Source of the DNA: Tubulanus polymorphus
Taxonomy: Eukaryota; Animalia; Nemertea
Assembly (NCBI RefSeq): GCF_964204645.1
Contig: NC_134030.1
Span: 10,933,947 to 10,997,946, forward strand
Length of the DNA stretch: 64,000 nucleotides
Reading direction: 5' to 3'
Numbering within the stretch: the first letter of the stretch is position 1; each line of letters starts with the position of its first letter. Position numbers and translations under genes: made by a program. Below the pieces are notes generated by a model. That model was not told the DNA's origin and did no database searches. It saw only the letters and a list, made by a program, of their open reading frames with translations. Positions 1 through 13,215 of this stretch are shown in pieces.

Positions 1-2911
1 TATTGATTTTTTAATGAGGGTATAACAATATCTAAACCAGAGTTACCACGGATATTGGTACCTCGCTCGTATAGTCGAACCTCCCGTGGCTCCCTGCCTA
101 TAGGTCTTGATATTGATCCATTCCTTTGCATTTGGGGACATATTGGGTAATAATTCATTCGACAATTGTAAAGCTGATTTTCTTATACACATTGATCGAG
201 TTTCTCGAGTAGTGAATGTCATTGTACGGTCGTACGATCATGAGATTTTTTTAATCCAATCATCGACAGCGTGGCGTAAAACTATCAGAAAACTACTGAA
301 ACTCGCTTAAAGGAAACATTCTATGTTTTGAATTTCATTTGTCATGCTAGTTGTATTAAATAATAGAAATAGAAACCTATTTCTATTAGAAAGTTACATT
401 ATTGGAAGTTATCACAAATAATGTGCACCCCTAAAGTCCTCGGTATTTTTCATGGACTGACCTTTTCGCGAGAAGGAAGACAAGCATGTGAAAAATCCCT
501 GAAAATGCGTAAGCATATGTCGTCGTTTACAATTACCAGCGGCAGTCCTACATCGTTCATGTCGTTTCGATCATTGGCCGGTGTTCATTGCGTTTGGTCG
601 TTTCGGACCCCCAGACCCCCGATTTGGATTTGTGCACCCACTCAATGGAATCCTTGATCCGCCGCTGTATGTAAAGGAAGAAGAAAAATGATAGAGCTAC
701 ATGGAGAGACTGAATCAGTCACTCAGTAGCGTCCACACCATCATCGGGTCCTTAATTTTCAAGTGCAGTTTATTCCAGTTTAAAACGTATAAACCAGTTA
801 ACAGTTTATTTCACAAACTCAAGGTCTACAATTGAGACAAATTGAGAAAAATTAGTGACAAAAATAGAAACAATATACCAAGTACTAAACAAGTGGCGAT
901 TGCCGTCTTTACACAAATATTTTAGCAATTTTACTTGTAAAGATACATAAGTTTTGCTGTTTTTTGTCTGCATGAGTGAGGAGAATTCATACTAGTGTGG
1001 ATACGTTGGAAATTTTCTTTCTGTCAATATGCTTGGTTCTTAAAACACCAATGGCTGGACAACATGATATGTAAATGAATTTCACCCAAGAGCACTAACG
1101 CAAAAAGGCCAAGTCCTATTTTCTCTCTGTACATCCATCCATCGGCCAGTTGACCGCAGTCGGAACTCCATTCTAAATAGCTGATCTATATTTTATTTTT
1201 TTATAGTGGATCGACAGCCGCGCCGCAATCGTCTAATGAAGGCCGGTGTTCTACGCTCGATTTACGCGAATTCCCGCCCATTCGTCGGCACCAATTGTTA
1301 ATCTCGATTACGAGGGTTCTTGCGATCATGAACAATTTCAAGATCAATTGGGGAATAAATCGATTAAAGGAAATAAAATTCAACACACAAGAATTCCAAT
1401 TCAATAATAGCCTTGAAAATCGGTAAAAAGAATAATGGTTATGATGGTGTCAAATACAAAAATCTAAAATACTAAAAAATCAGTAAACGCAATATAGTAA
1501 TAATAATGATCTACAAAAATCTAACTTCTGAAATTAATCACTTTGTGCAATTACTATTTATTGCCCTTTCCAGCGTGAGAAGACAGATGACATGTTTGGT
1601 CTTTAACTGAGAATAAGGTAACAACGGTAAAATTCCTTTCTCCGATTCCCGTACCTGACCTTCACAATAGGTCGGGTAAGTCTCTATTTACTGGACATTT
1701 TTCAACCGTGACATGAGTTGATACGTACACTAACTACCCTTGTAAATGTATTGATGGGCCGAACTTCTTATCTTTTGTCGTGCGTAGGTCTGGACTTCAG
1801 TTTCAGTTTAGTTTATTACTCCACAAGTTACAGTAACATTGCACAGAGCAATTAGATTGACACAAAAATTACAACAAATGATAATAAAATCTAAGTAATT
1901 CACGAGTTCAGTAATAGAATAGGAAATCTACAAAAGTTACTTATGTTTATTAAATGATTCGATACCTTTTTTATGTATATCGCCAGATATTTACCTCCCG
2001 AACAGAAAAGGCTATCCAATGTATGTTCATTGGGATGCCGCCAGAAGTATCTAGGTATCGGCTAGTTAAGTGCCGCAAATATAATAACCCTCCACACAAA
2101 ACCTTACACGCTGCTGGCTGCTTACAGCATGCGGCAACACTTCAAATAAAAGGTCGTTCGGTCGTGATATTAAATGAATTATCCAATAGGGGTAGGAAAC
2201 CAAGATACAAACGACGTAAAACAAAAACTAAACAAAACAAAACAAATGATTTTATTTTCGAAAATTCCATATGGAACAATTTCCATCCGTCCACCATCTC
2301 TACCCGTTTCGGTCCGATCGTGCGAAAAAACATATTTCAAGCCCCATACGAGTAATTTCACGACTATACGCACACAGTTACGTGTTTACTAAACAAACGT
2401 TCATTGAAACATCGTTAATCATTTTCGCCAAAGAAAAAACGATTTTCTATATCGCTATTAATGTGGCAATTTATACGTTATTAATAGTCGTCGTTATCTA
2501 GCGGTATTTATTTATTGTCCTATCGGTATTTGTTTAACTTCTGACAATGAGATTATTTCCCAAATACACGCCGCGCACGGTTTATCATCGATGGAAGTAT
2601 TTGACTATCGAACGTGTTACATGCTCTATCAAAAGTTGCGCCAGACGGTTTTTTAACCACGAACACCGCACCGCGTCAACAAACACACGCACACACAGTG
2701 GGCGCAATACTCTCACCCACCGACCTTACGAAGTAGTGAAAGCTATGGATTTGCATTAATTTTTTTGTGCATTTTTCGAAGAACATCACAGTTCTTCCCA
2801 TCTATTCCTGGCAGTTTCTATGAATAAATGCATTTCGTTCCACGATGAATGTTCGAATAGATGATAAACATGATTTTGATAATTCAAATGATCCAATATC
2901 GAAATTCTTTC

Positions 2912-3850
2912 ATTTTGAAATAAGGATTGACCCTATTATTTATTTGATAAGGTACATTTCGTTAGATTTGATTTGATGTGGCGTCCCTTACAAACCCGCC
3001 ACACCTACCGGGGATGAAACGGGGGGGGGGGTTTGATTTTGAAATTGGAAACCGAAGTGCAGATATAGTTGTGTGATCAGTTAGGAATTACAGAAGCTTC
3101 TTTGTATTTTCTTATATCTTAAAATAAGAATTTCCCCTGTTATTTATCTAATTGGTAGATTTCGTTTGATTTGTTGTGATTCGGTGTCCCTTACAAACCC
3201 GCCACATCCACCGCGGGTTAAACAGGGGGTTTGATATTTAAATCAAAAATCCATCGAAGTACAGATATAGTTGTGTGGTCGGCGGCCAAGTTTACAGAAT
3301 ATTTGTGTTTAAATCGAAGTACAAACGTGCAATTGGAAATTTCGGTTTTGATTCATTCAAACAACCTTCCAACCAGCCTGAACCGGCAAGCGACTAGGGT
3401 TAATATTGTCGGCTGTCTCAGCTAATACATCGAGATTTTGGAAAATACTATATTACACGGTTGAAGATCATTTTTGTCTATTCTTACATTTTGGTCGTTT
3501 TCCACTTGTATATATAGTCCGAAAGTTTCAATATAGAACGTTAACAGGATATCATTTACTGAAAGGACGCCCTTAAGTCTAGAAACTGTACCAAAAGAAG
3601 GGGAGAGGTTCAATCCCCAGAAAATTATTTCGTTGAAAATATCTAACTTATTTCCACCCATCGACAGGGCGATAAACGTTTTGATACACAACTATATCTG
3701 TACTTCGATTTCCGATTTCAATATCAAACCCCTTGTCTCGCTCCCGGTTGGTCTGCTGGCTTTTTTGTAAGGGACACCAAATCAAAACAAATCAAAAGAA
3801 ATCAACCAATCGAATGAATGAAAAATGAGGTCAATCGCTATTTTGAGATT
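2912..3850. repeat. Three diverged copies of a ~170-190 bp repeat, two direct (~2912-3080, ~3115-3280) and one inverted (~3684-3850)
   Basis: Shared core gtcccttacaaa(c/a)...ggggtttgat(t/a)tt(g/t)aaat...cgaagt(g/a)cagatatagttgtgt appears twice on + and once as the reverse complement. Confidence 0.8.
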
Positions 3851-4164
3851 AAACAAAAAATGTTTTGATACCTAATTCATAATGTATGAAGGCTCCTGGT
3901 TTTTTTTGTCCGTTAAATTTAGTCGGATCCTATTTCAGAACATATCCTATTATCGACTTCTCAATTTGCAGGTCAATTTACAAGTCTACAGACAATCTGG
4001 GATTACTGTATTTCGTTCGATGTTTCATAGATTTAGTTTGTTCTGAATTTCCGTCAAAGGATAAATGATTATCCAATCAACAATGAATATTTTCGCAGAA
4101 CGAGCTGGTTATGCGTGGAAAATACTATACATATGCTGACTTTTTAAAACTTATTTCTTTCTAG

Positions 4165-4324
4165 GAAGACAACGAAAAAGATGAAAAATTGCCGAAATCG
4201 TCTGAAACTGGAAATAGCGTCGATCAACTAGGTCAAATTCAACTAGAAGGATCAAACCGTAAGGATGAAAGAAAAAGCGTTTCTAACGTTTCCGTAGGCG
4301 ACGACTGTAGCAAGGACTCTCGAG
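4165..4324 (+). CDS. ETV1/4/5: PEA3-family ETS factor, N-terminal coding exon (EDNEKDEKLPKS...DCSKDSR); the upstream start exon was not located
   Basis: Acceptor ttatttctttctag at 4164 and donor G|GTTAGT at 4325. Open frame, phase 0 to 1, joins the conserved 4452 exon in frame across a 127-bp intron. The sequence itself is not recognisably conserved. Confidence 0.7.
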
Positions 4325-4451
4325 GTTAGTTGATGTCATCAGTCCGAGTATAGTAGTGAGCCTAGAATCCCGGCGATTCGCTCGGACAAATGCAAATGCG
4401 TATTTATCGTTCAGACTACAAGATTAAGATACTACCAATCCTCTGTTTCAG

Positions 4452-4499
4452 AATTGTTCAACGACCTTAGTCAACTACAGGAAACGTGGCTACTGGAAG
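4452..4499 (+). CDS. ETV1/4/5: PEA3-family acidic transactivation helix exon (ELFNDLSQLQETWLLE)
   Basis: 48-bp exon, ctctgtttcag|...GAAG|gtaaat. Near-identical to the ETV1 activation domain ELFQDLSQLQETWLAE. Confidence 0.93.
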
Positions 4500-5503
4500 G
4501 TAAATAAACATTTTTTTATTTTGTGGTAAACATGTAAATTGTCAGCGGCGACTCTAGCGTTTATATACGTGCGTGCGTGGTGACATATTCCGCGTGTATT
4601 CCGGATACTCCGGTAGATGGCGAATGATGAACGCATCATATCTGGGCGAATTGAATCGAACGGCATATACGGAAGCATGGGGAAATTATTTTGACTCCGT
4701 ATAAAACCGTTACAGAAACAGCATTTTTGTTGAATAACTCTCAAATACTCAAAGACTGATACTCAAAGGGTTCTGCATAAGTAGATGTGCACTACGTCAT
4801 CAATATCAGCGTTTCAAAATAACAATTACAGAGAATTTCATTACTTTTAATGATTTTTCACGCATTTTTGATAATGAATTAGAATATTGTGCGATTGGGT
4901 GTAGTCATCAATATCGGGTTAGACTGTTTCCCGGCCCATTCAAATTAATTTAATTGTCGGTATATTCAAATTCAAATTAACTTTATTGTGCCTTGTTTCC
5001 TTTATCATCGCCGATTTAGATTTTTATTTATTTTCAAGGCGTGGACAAACTTACTTCTTACTTTTCTTGTTTGAGGTCGAATTTAACTTGTTTTCGTAAT
5101 TGGGAACGCAACACCAGCTACCCCGCAAGATGAAGCGACTTAAGTATTCAGTCAAAAACGTTGTCAAAATCAGTAACTTTGAACTGAGGTGTTCGGCTCC
5201 CGAAGCACCCACGAAATATACATTAAGCTCATTTTCTACTCTGTGCTGTATATGTAGAGTTTTCATCAATCATAGATTTATTCGAGAGAAATGTTTATTC
5301 GAATTCAACCGAGGGGATGTATAGAAGAATTAGAAGAATTTTTATTCCGATTTACGTAATTGGGTATCAGTGACATTATAATACGGTAGACAGTGGCTTG
5401 GTGAACAATCTGAGCTTCACACAAGGAAACCATCGGATGATTTGATTTCAACGATACATATATCAATGTACAAAATACGAGGCGTAGGAATCGTATACAC
5501 ATT

Positions 5504-5828
5504 AGCCGCGATCACACGCAGAAGATTTATCCCGGGCCAAACTGGAGCGGATCAGGTCCTAGGCAAATTTGGCCCGTGCCTTATTAGAGAGCATATGCTC
5601 ACACGCAAACCATTCACTCGATACTAAACGATGCTCAAACAAAACGAAGTCGGTCATTTCCGGTACCAGATGCAATTCAAACGCAATAACCCAATTTTTC
5701 CGTGCTTAAAATTTGGCTCGGGCCTGGTGCCATGACTTTATGAATTGTGAATTTGGCCCGGACCAAAACAGCTCGGGCCTATATGTAATCAGTTGTTCCG
5801 GGCCAAAGGCAATCGTGTGATAGCAGCT
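5504..5828. mobile_element. PIF/Harbinger-like MITE (TIR agccgcgatcacacg), family with internal gggccaaa repeats
   Basis: Imperfect TIRs agccgcgatcacacg / cgtgtgatagcagct. A homologous inverted copy lies at 17590-17913 and a partial copy at ~20521-20690. Superfamily assignment is inferred. Confidence 0.75.
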
Positions 5829-6691
5829 TGTTGCTTACCAATATTGGGTCCTAGTATGAAATTGGATGAAAATAATATACGTTCCTTCATAGGGGGCAAA
5901 ATACACGTGTATCTTTCAGATCAGTAAAACCCACGGTTATCGTCATTCTCTTACTTCTAGAAAAATAAATCTAAGGGCAATTACTCCAGTTGACAATATT
6001 AACCGTTAAACAGAAAAGCTTTGTATGTAGTTATCGTATGGAAAAGTGAATCGTTATCGCGCGCGCAGTTTTACAGTGTTACAGACTCTCTCTCTCTCGT
6101 CGACCAAACGTGGAAAATCTTATTGTCAACGCGTTAGCAGCCTGCCACCCCTGTTCTGTGACTGCGCACCTGGAGTTCGACTGCGCAACCGACAGCGACG
6201 CACAAATTAACATACAGCAGTCAGTCGTAAAGTCGATCTATTATCACGGCGCGCCCGTTAATTGAATGAAGCTACCCACGGTAACAATGTCATTATTCTA
6301 ATCAAAGATTACATCCATTTTCTTTCAAAAGACATCTTTGCCGTCGATAGCCGACGGCGATTGGACTCGATGAACATGGTTATCGCGATGATCAGATATT
6401 AATCACAATTAATTTTCAAAACGCTCCTTTTGTCGCGGCGCATCGCGAAGAGTCAATGTGTGCCGGGCGCGAGTCGAGTGTTTTCATTCAGATTTTCAAA
6501 AAGTGCGCGGCTTGAATTTCACCGTATGAAAAATAAGTCGATTATAAGTGAAAAGGGTTTACGAGATTCTATAGTCAATCCTAAACTCTGAAATCTTTTC
6601 GCTCGAAATATTCTGGTGACTGATGAAAAATGAAATTATTCGTTTCTCCTGCGGTATACGACTTGTTCAATTTTAAATTTCATCCTTTCAG

Positions 6692-6739
6692 CGTCTTGTG
6701 AGAATGAGGAAGAGGAAGAAAATGCCATTGAAGCCGAAG
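6692..6739 (+). CDS. ETV1/4/5: PEA3-family ETS factor, acidic micro-exon (ASCENEEEEENAIEAE)
   Basis: catcctttcag| 48 bp |gtaaat, purine-rich, phase 1 to 1, in frame between the 4452 and 13006 exons. Confidence 0.65.
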
Positions 6740-7282
6740 GTAAATTCGTCCTATAGCAACGATACGAACAACAATTAACGTTTTTATTGATTTTACGGAG
6801 CAGTCCAGGCGAAGTTCGGTTTTTGTTAGTTAGTCGACTGTTAGAGAAAGTTCATGTCGGCTTGACAATGGCCGTATAAACTAGATTATACGTCCATGGC
6901 TAGACCGAATTACAGTCCGAAGAAAATCGTAAGCACGATGCGATTGAGCGCGGTCGCTGTAGTTCAGAGCCAGTTCCAAGATGGCGGACACGGCGGAATG
7001 AGTAAGATCGAAGTGCCCCACAGTCCTCTGCTTACGAAAGCCGAAATTCGCCCAAACGTTCTGAGCAAGCGGTCGTTTCATCGATCCAGTCGGTGATCGT
7101 GTGTCCGAATCCTGTTGCCGGCAAAGAGTTTTCTGCTCTTCTCTGGCTTCCCACCCGTAATCGGGAAAAAGCTTAGCACCTGCTAGTGCTTACGTGGGTG
7201 TCGCTTACTGTGGGTTTACCTAGAAGGGGGGCCTAATATAACATACGCCACACGCGAAAGAGGAGACCTATAAACGGAGGGC

Positions 7283-7743
7283 TATAAATGCGAAATCGGT
7301 GAAAAAAGACTTTCACTTGTTACTCGGCCAAACGCATGCGCCCTTCAAATCCATCGAAAGCACCGCGCGACGTCTCGATATTCGCTCGCGATTTCCTGTT
7401 CAGCAACGACCTCGTTCGTTAATATATCGTCGCCAACAAAAAGTTGGAAATTCAGAGCCGAGTATTTTCAGTCGTCCGGAGGGTGGACGCTAAAGAAGTC
7501 AAACACTTTGTCAACTGTTTAGATCTCGATAAGGCCTTCGACCATTAGTTAGACACACAATATTGATTGAATAGTGACGCATTAGACAATATTTGAATAG
7601 ATCTGCACACAAATCTGGTAATTCGCGCTGCAGCAGCGATAACCCGCGTAGAAAAACCGGCCAATTATCTGGCAATTCATGTCAAAATTAAGTGTAGCTT
7701 GTTTAAGAAATCCTTCAAAATGTCGCTTATATGTTGAATACAC
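7283..7743 (+). promoter_or_regulatory. Candidate internal promoter and alternative first exon of the ETV gene
   Basis: TATAAAT at 7283-7289 and Inr-like TCACTT with the A at 7315 (32 bp spacing), in a CpG-rich block. YY1-type CAAGATGGCGG at 6977-6987. ATG at 7731 (MLNT) is followed by a strong C|GTAAGT donor in phase 1. Confidence 0.4.
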
Positions 7744-10700
7744 GTAAGTTGATCGCGATTTCTAGAAACCTATGTGTCTATGCTCAGATTAATCGTCATC
7801 TGCCTGTGTATCGCATTACCGACGTTTGAGTACCGTTCATTGACTTCAGAACATGACTTTAACAAATACATGAGTTCCAATTTTACTTTGTTATGTTGTT
7901 CATATGAATGTAATTCTGGTTAAATGAAAATAATCATGATCATTTGGACATAATCTAGACAGACAAAGGATGGTAGTCCCGAGTATATTAGACTATTTTA
8001 GTTGATTCGTAATTATGTGGGACTTTCATGTTCATTCTCACCTGGGATGACTGTGATGTAGGATTCATCACAATGTTAAGATATCTAAACTTCGATGTCT
8101 TCTAATCTGAAAAAAAACAAAAGTTTTCGCTCTGAAGATGAATGAAATAAGGAAAGCCGTAGCTCATTGAAAATGAAGGATAACTTTCCAAGTACATAGT
8201 ACCGTACATCCTGAATAGCATTTTTATCCAAAGTTTTATGTTTACGTAATTTTTGTTCGTATCTTCGTCATATTTCATAATCTGAAATCAAAATGATTCA
8301 ATGTATCTTACCATTGCCGTGATGCCAAAGAGCTGGAAAAGAGGGTTGGTGCGAAAATATCGATCGAAACACCGAAATAAAACTGTATTGATTATGATGA
8401 TTTGTTATGAAAGTATCTTTCCACAACTAAAAGCAAAGTATCCTTTATTAAATGAAAGCATTACTTTACGCGCGGAAAGATACGCCTTCGCTCAACTGAA
8501 ATGCGGCAATGCGGTCATAAAACGACAGAGCGCGTTGTTCAATGTTAATCCGATCTAATGCGCTATTTAATGCGTTCGTATTTCTTGTGACCATATGGTT
8601 GCATACTCAATAAAACATTTACCTCTCATTGAGATCAATGCTTCAGGGCATCTTCGAGGAATTAAATCACCGTACATATCCACGCTTATGGACAGTGAGA
8701 ATCGAGTTTTTTTTTTGATGGGCCTTTGTTTTACCGGGAATTTCCCGACTCAACCGAGATGGATCTCTATAGATCCACACAAGATGGATCTTTGACAATA
8801 TAAGACTATATTCATGAGGAAGTAGATATTTCGAATGATCACATAGTCGAACCAATCACCAGTAGCATGTTTTAATGCGTATAATCCCATTGAATAATAT
8901 GTTTAAAACCCAAAAAATGGAATTCGTTTTTAATCTTTTAAATTCCGTATATAGTGGGTTTTGTTCTCCACGTCTGAGTGTGGCTATCTACCAACACCAG
9001 GGAAATCTTTCAATCCATTACAGAGTTTACGGCGTTATACTGTTTTTATGACGGTCCAATTCCTCAGAAGTCGTCGATATTCCAATGACTAAGGATTTGA
9101 TTTATTTACTCATTATTTAACTACAAGATGAACATGACTTAACGGGCGGTTATGTCATTAAGTTTTAAGTGCAGCGACAATGATTTACTGAAAGATTTCT
9201 TTTTTACTTTGAATATCATGTTTTTGACAAAATTGAAGTAAATTCGCCGCGGCTACATGTGAGAACCTGTAAAAAATCGTCAATTGGCCACGGCAATCAA
9301 AAATTGTATCCAACGCGCCTTTTAAAATACTATATCGATTCCAGTTCCAGAAATTATGTTTTTAATCATGGTTTTAAAATACAACGAATCGAAACTGAAT
9401 GTGTGATTCATTTCGAAAACGCCACCCTAAAACACCCTAGAATATCGGAAAACGCTAAATTCAACTCTAAAACTGAAATGTATATGAAACAAAAAAAGAC
9501 GATTTTCATAAAAACCTTTCATAAGGTGTGCTGATGAGATAATAACGGTGATTGTTATGTGTCGTTGTCAGTAACGATGATTGATATAGCCAAGCTTCCA
9601 TATAGAGAACGCACAAAACAGAGATCCCGTTTTTAGTCCTTCGAGTTTATCTAGGTGGTGGGAAAATCGACACTGGGGCCGGCGCATTCGAATCTGTTTT
9701 TGCGCGCCGATTTAATGACGACCGAGCGCTGAGAAATATGGGCAATTGTCGCGCTTCAGTCGTGAATAACGCCGACAATCTGCGAGCAATAAATTCACAA
9801 TAAAAACATATTTTTCTGACAAAAACTACATTTACATGAAATAATTTATACCCCGGGGTGCAATATAATATCGTGTCTATTCATTACTTGCGCCGGGTAA
9901 TGTGTGCTTTTAACGCGGTAAATTTTCACACCAGGTATCGCCAACCCGGTAGTTTGCGCGCATTTTGAATCAATTTTAGAGAAAATTTGCCGACGAAATT
10001 ACACGTGTGCGAAGGCAGTTAAAGCAATACGTCAAGTCATAGAAAGACAATAAAATGCCGACTACGACAAGTTAGTTCTATTGCCAGCAATTTGTTCTCA
10101 ACCGTCGTCGTCGAATATTCGCAACGAAAGATTTTCATCTAATCTCCTCGGTATATGCGATATATGAAGGACACCAAATGATCGATTGTTAAGAAAATTA
10201 TATACGAATTAAAAGAATGAAAATTGATATATAAAGGCCCTGCTCGGGTCGGCCTCTATGACACGACGGAACTTGAAGCAACTGGATTTCGAGCGGCTGA
10301 CTGAGCGTCAGTCACCAGTCGCAGAAAGTTGAACAATATGGAGAGGGACAACAATCAAGCGTCCATGGTTCTACGAAGGCAAACCTTCCTGCCATCTTGT
10401 TATCATCTCTGTAATCGCTTTCCGGGTTGCTTTCCTAGCTATCACCGATATAGTTTTGTTTTCGTCGAAGAAATCTGTACGATGCTCATCAGGGAATTTC
10501 AGTTTGAGAATTCGGAATTCAGAAATTTCTCAGGCACCACAATATTTCATTTGCATATAGTGGGATATTAGCCAAACACTGTGCAGCACTGAGTGATACG
10601 GTTCCCATCTCTCCGTATATCCAGGAAGGTAACCCTCCCTGGTATTATTACATACGCATCGTCCGCTGAACGACAAGGCTGCGGCCAATTCTCGCTAATT

Positions 10701-13005
10701 AACGCACGCCTCTCATTTATATGCAAGCTCTATTAGTAACGTTTGGCATCTGTTTGACGGGTTCCGCGTAAGCAGCAGCTAGTCTGTGAAATCCCGAGGA
10801 ATCCGCGTTAATTTAACGTAATTATCAATTGTTAATACCCATGGCTGATGAAAGCGTAATGGTATACAGCAACGAGACACTCACCCCTACGTCACAATGT
10901 GTGTGTACCTTAGCTTTTTGATTATAGCTGATTAGGGTCGTGAGTTTAAACTTTTTGTATGTATCAGTATCATATTCTTCATTTCCCCGTATAATTCCAG
11001 GGCAACTTGACATTTTAGGGGGCCCTTGGATTACGCCCTTGATTATGTAGGACCTAGATGAAAATAAAGTCTTGCAAAATAAGATTGAAACTTCATTTTA
11101 TCTCCAGATGTTGTTAACGCGGCCTCTGTTTCTTTCATTTCCCTGCATTAAACGCTTCGTTTTGCCTCTGCATTTTAAAGAAATTGTATCCACTATTTCA
11201 CATCAATTGTCTTGAACACCAACAAAGGGTGGATTTTCAATTTCACTTATTTTTCTAAGGTTGCGGTCATAAAGCTTTCCATCTGTTGAATTCCCATCTC
11301 GGTATAACGATTTTAGGAATATATGTAACATCGTTGCGCAGGTAGCTGCTATGAACACACGAAATAAGATCTCTGAAAAATATCTTCGCAAGTATCTCCC
11401 ATTTTGAGATAAACCTATCACCTTAGAATACATATGAATATTCTGTATATCCATTGCGAAATTGTTAGTTTCAACATGGACTCTAAAACGAAGAGTCCAT
11501 GGTAGTACCGAATTGCCAGTGGTAATGAAAAATTATGGCTTGCTGGATACGGATTTAAGAACAATTTTAAGCAAGCGTCATTAGTTAGTTATGCTCTGAA
11601 ACCTGTATCATCCCAGTGTTTCATCCGATGGACCATTGACACGACTGCCCATTGTCAAGGGTGTAATTCGTCAACCACACCATATTGAAGCCCATCTTAC
11701 CACAAAATTACTCGCTGGCGATTCCAACGCTGATAAAGCACACAATTCCATCAATTATCATCCCGAAGCGTTCACGCCTCAAAACTATACAAGACACGGC
11801 TTTCACTTGTTTTATTGGTAAATTGGTTTTGATATGGGCTGTTGGATACACTGAAAAGCGAAACAAATTGCAGAGACCTGATAGCAAAACCCGGTTGTCC
11901 TCGCTCATTTTTATTCGTTTGAGCTTCTTTTATATGTAAGCTTTAGGTGGAGTATTCCGAATTAATTCGCCATTAATCCAGTGTCTGTCGATGCTAATGA
12001 ATATCAAACATACTTTGACAACGATGAATATTACATACGTTGACGGGATTAATTCTGGGATCTCCACCCGGCAACTTCATTCTGCGCGGTATTTCGTTTG
12101 CATTTTATTATATTTCGAAACGAAACACACGCTGTCGTCGTCGGCTGGCTGTATTATCTTATATTCATGGTGTTTTTGATGCGTATCGCGTGGCCCGATT
12201 CTTTGCGCGTGCGTTAGAACGTGGCGCATATTGCAAAGCGTACAGGGCGGCCACGTGTCGGGAAAAAGCCTTTTTCAAGTGATCGAATGAATTTGATACC
12301 GTCATTATTATCAATCACATTGCGTGCGTATTAAGACAAAACCTTAGAATCTCAGTCACTTTCGGCGTAGAAAATCCGATCTTTTTTCAAATATATATAT
12401 ATCAACACCCTCGTATAAGTAGGTTCAAAGGAGATATCTTTAACGGATGTTGATATTGATATTTTGTTTAAGGTACTTGATTAATGTAGACCATACAAAA
12501 TACTATTTTCATTCAGTGATATATACTTCTGTATGAAATAAATTGATCATCATTTTTCATCAATTCATCCCTTTTTATTTGTTTTTTCTTTAATTTGCTC
12601 ATGTTTGTGTCAAGGTGTTTGAATACCTTGGATATACAGCCAAACAACAGAGGGTCAAGTGCGGTGTTTTCCCTAGATATAACTTTCCTGTATTTCTATG
12701 AAAATGCATTCTCCTGAAATTCGATGACCAAATTGAAAAAAAAACTGTGCATTACTTGCCTAACAGTAATTTCTAGCAGACGCCTAAACCGCAATCAATG
12801 AAATTTGAATTGTGGTTAGTTTCATCATTAATAGCATTGATATCGATACCAGAACATTTTCGAACGCGGAGCAGGAGGGAGGTCGAGGTTCCCTAAACCC
12901 CCTAGATCCGCCCCTGTAATCGCCTCATTGTGATTTTTGTGGTTTCGATATTTCAACTGTAATATGAATGAATGATTTTTGCGGTAATATTACTAATCTT
13001 TCCAG

Positions 13006-13215
13006 ACGATTACATTAACGACGTCAGTGATTTAATCCGCTTCGCGCCGGAACTGATACGCGGTCAACGACGGTCGCAACAGCAAGCGATCACAAGCGCT
13101 CAACCACCTGCCAGTACAGTAGATGTGCCATGCACCACGACCGCCGCAAGGCCGCATTGCGATGACCAACAACTCGGTGCTCAATCACAACATTCATCTT
13201 GGCGCCAACATGTTG
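13006..13215 (+). CDS. ETV1/4/5: PEA3-family ETS factor, internal exon (DDYINDVSDLIRFAPEL...SSWRQHV)
   Basis: tactaatctttccag acceptor with a branch-like ctaat, and G|gtaaat donor. 210 bp, only the phase 1-1 frame is open; GC-rich, coding-like composition. Confidence 0.7.

Noticed and set aside
6620-6650. CTGATGA...GAAA spacing suggesting a hammerhead (also ~15860 and ~8132)
   Set aside because: No helix I partner and no credible helix II.
10572-10628. 57-bp phase 1-1 open frame ending in GAAG|GTAACC, a possible extra ETV cassette exon
   Set aside because: The acceptor lacks a pyrimidine tract and the peptide has no PEA3 similarity; unsupported without transcripts.
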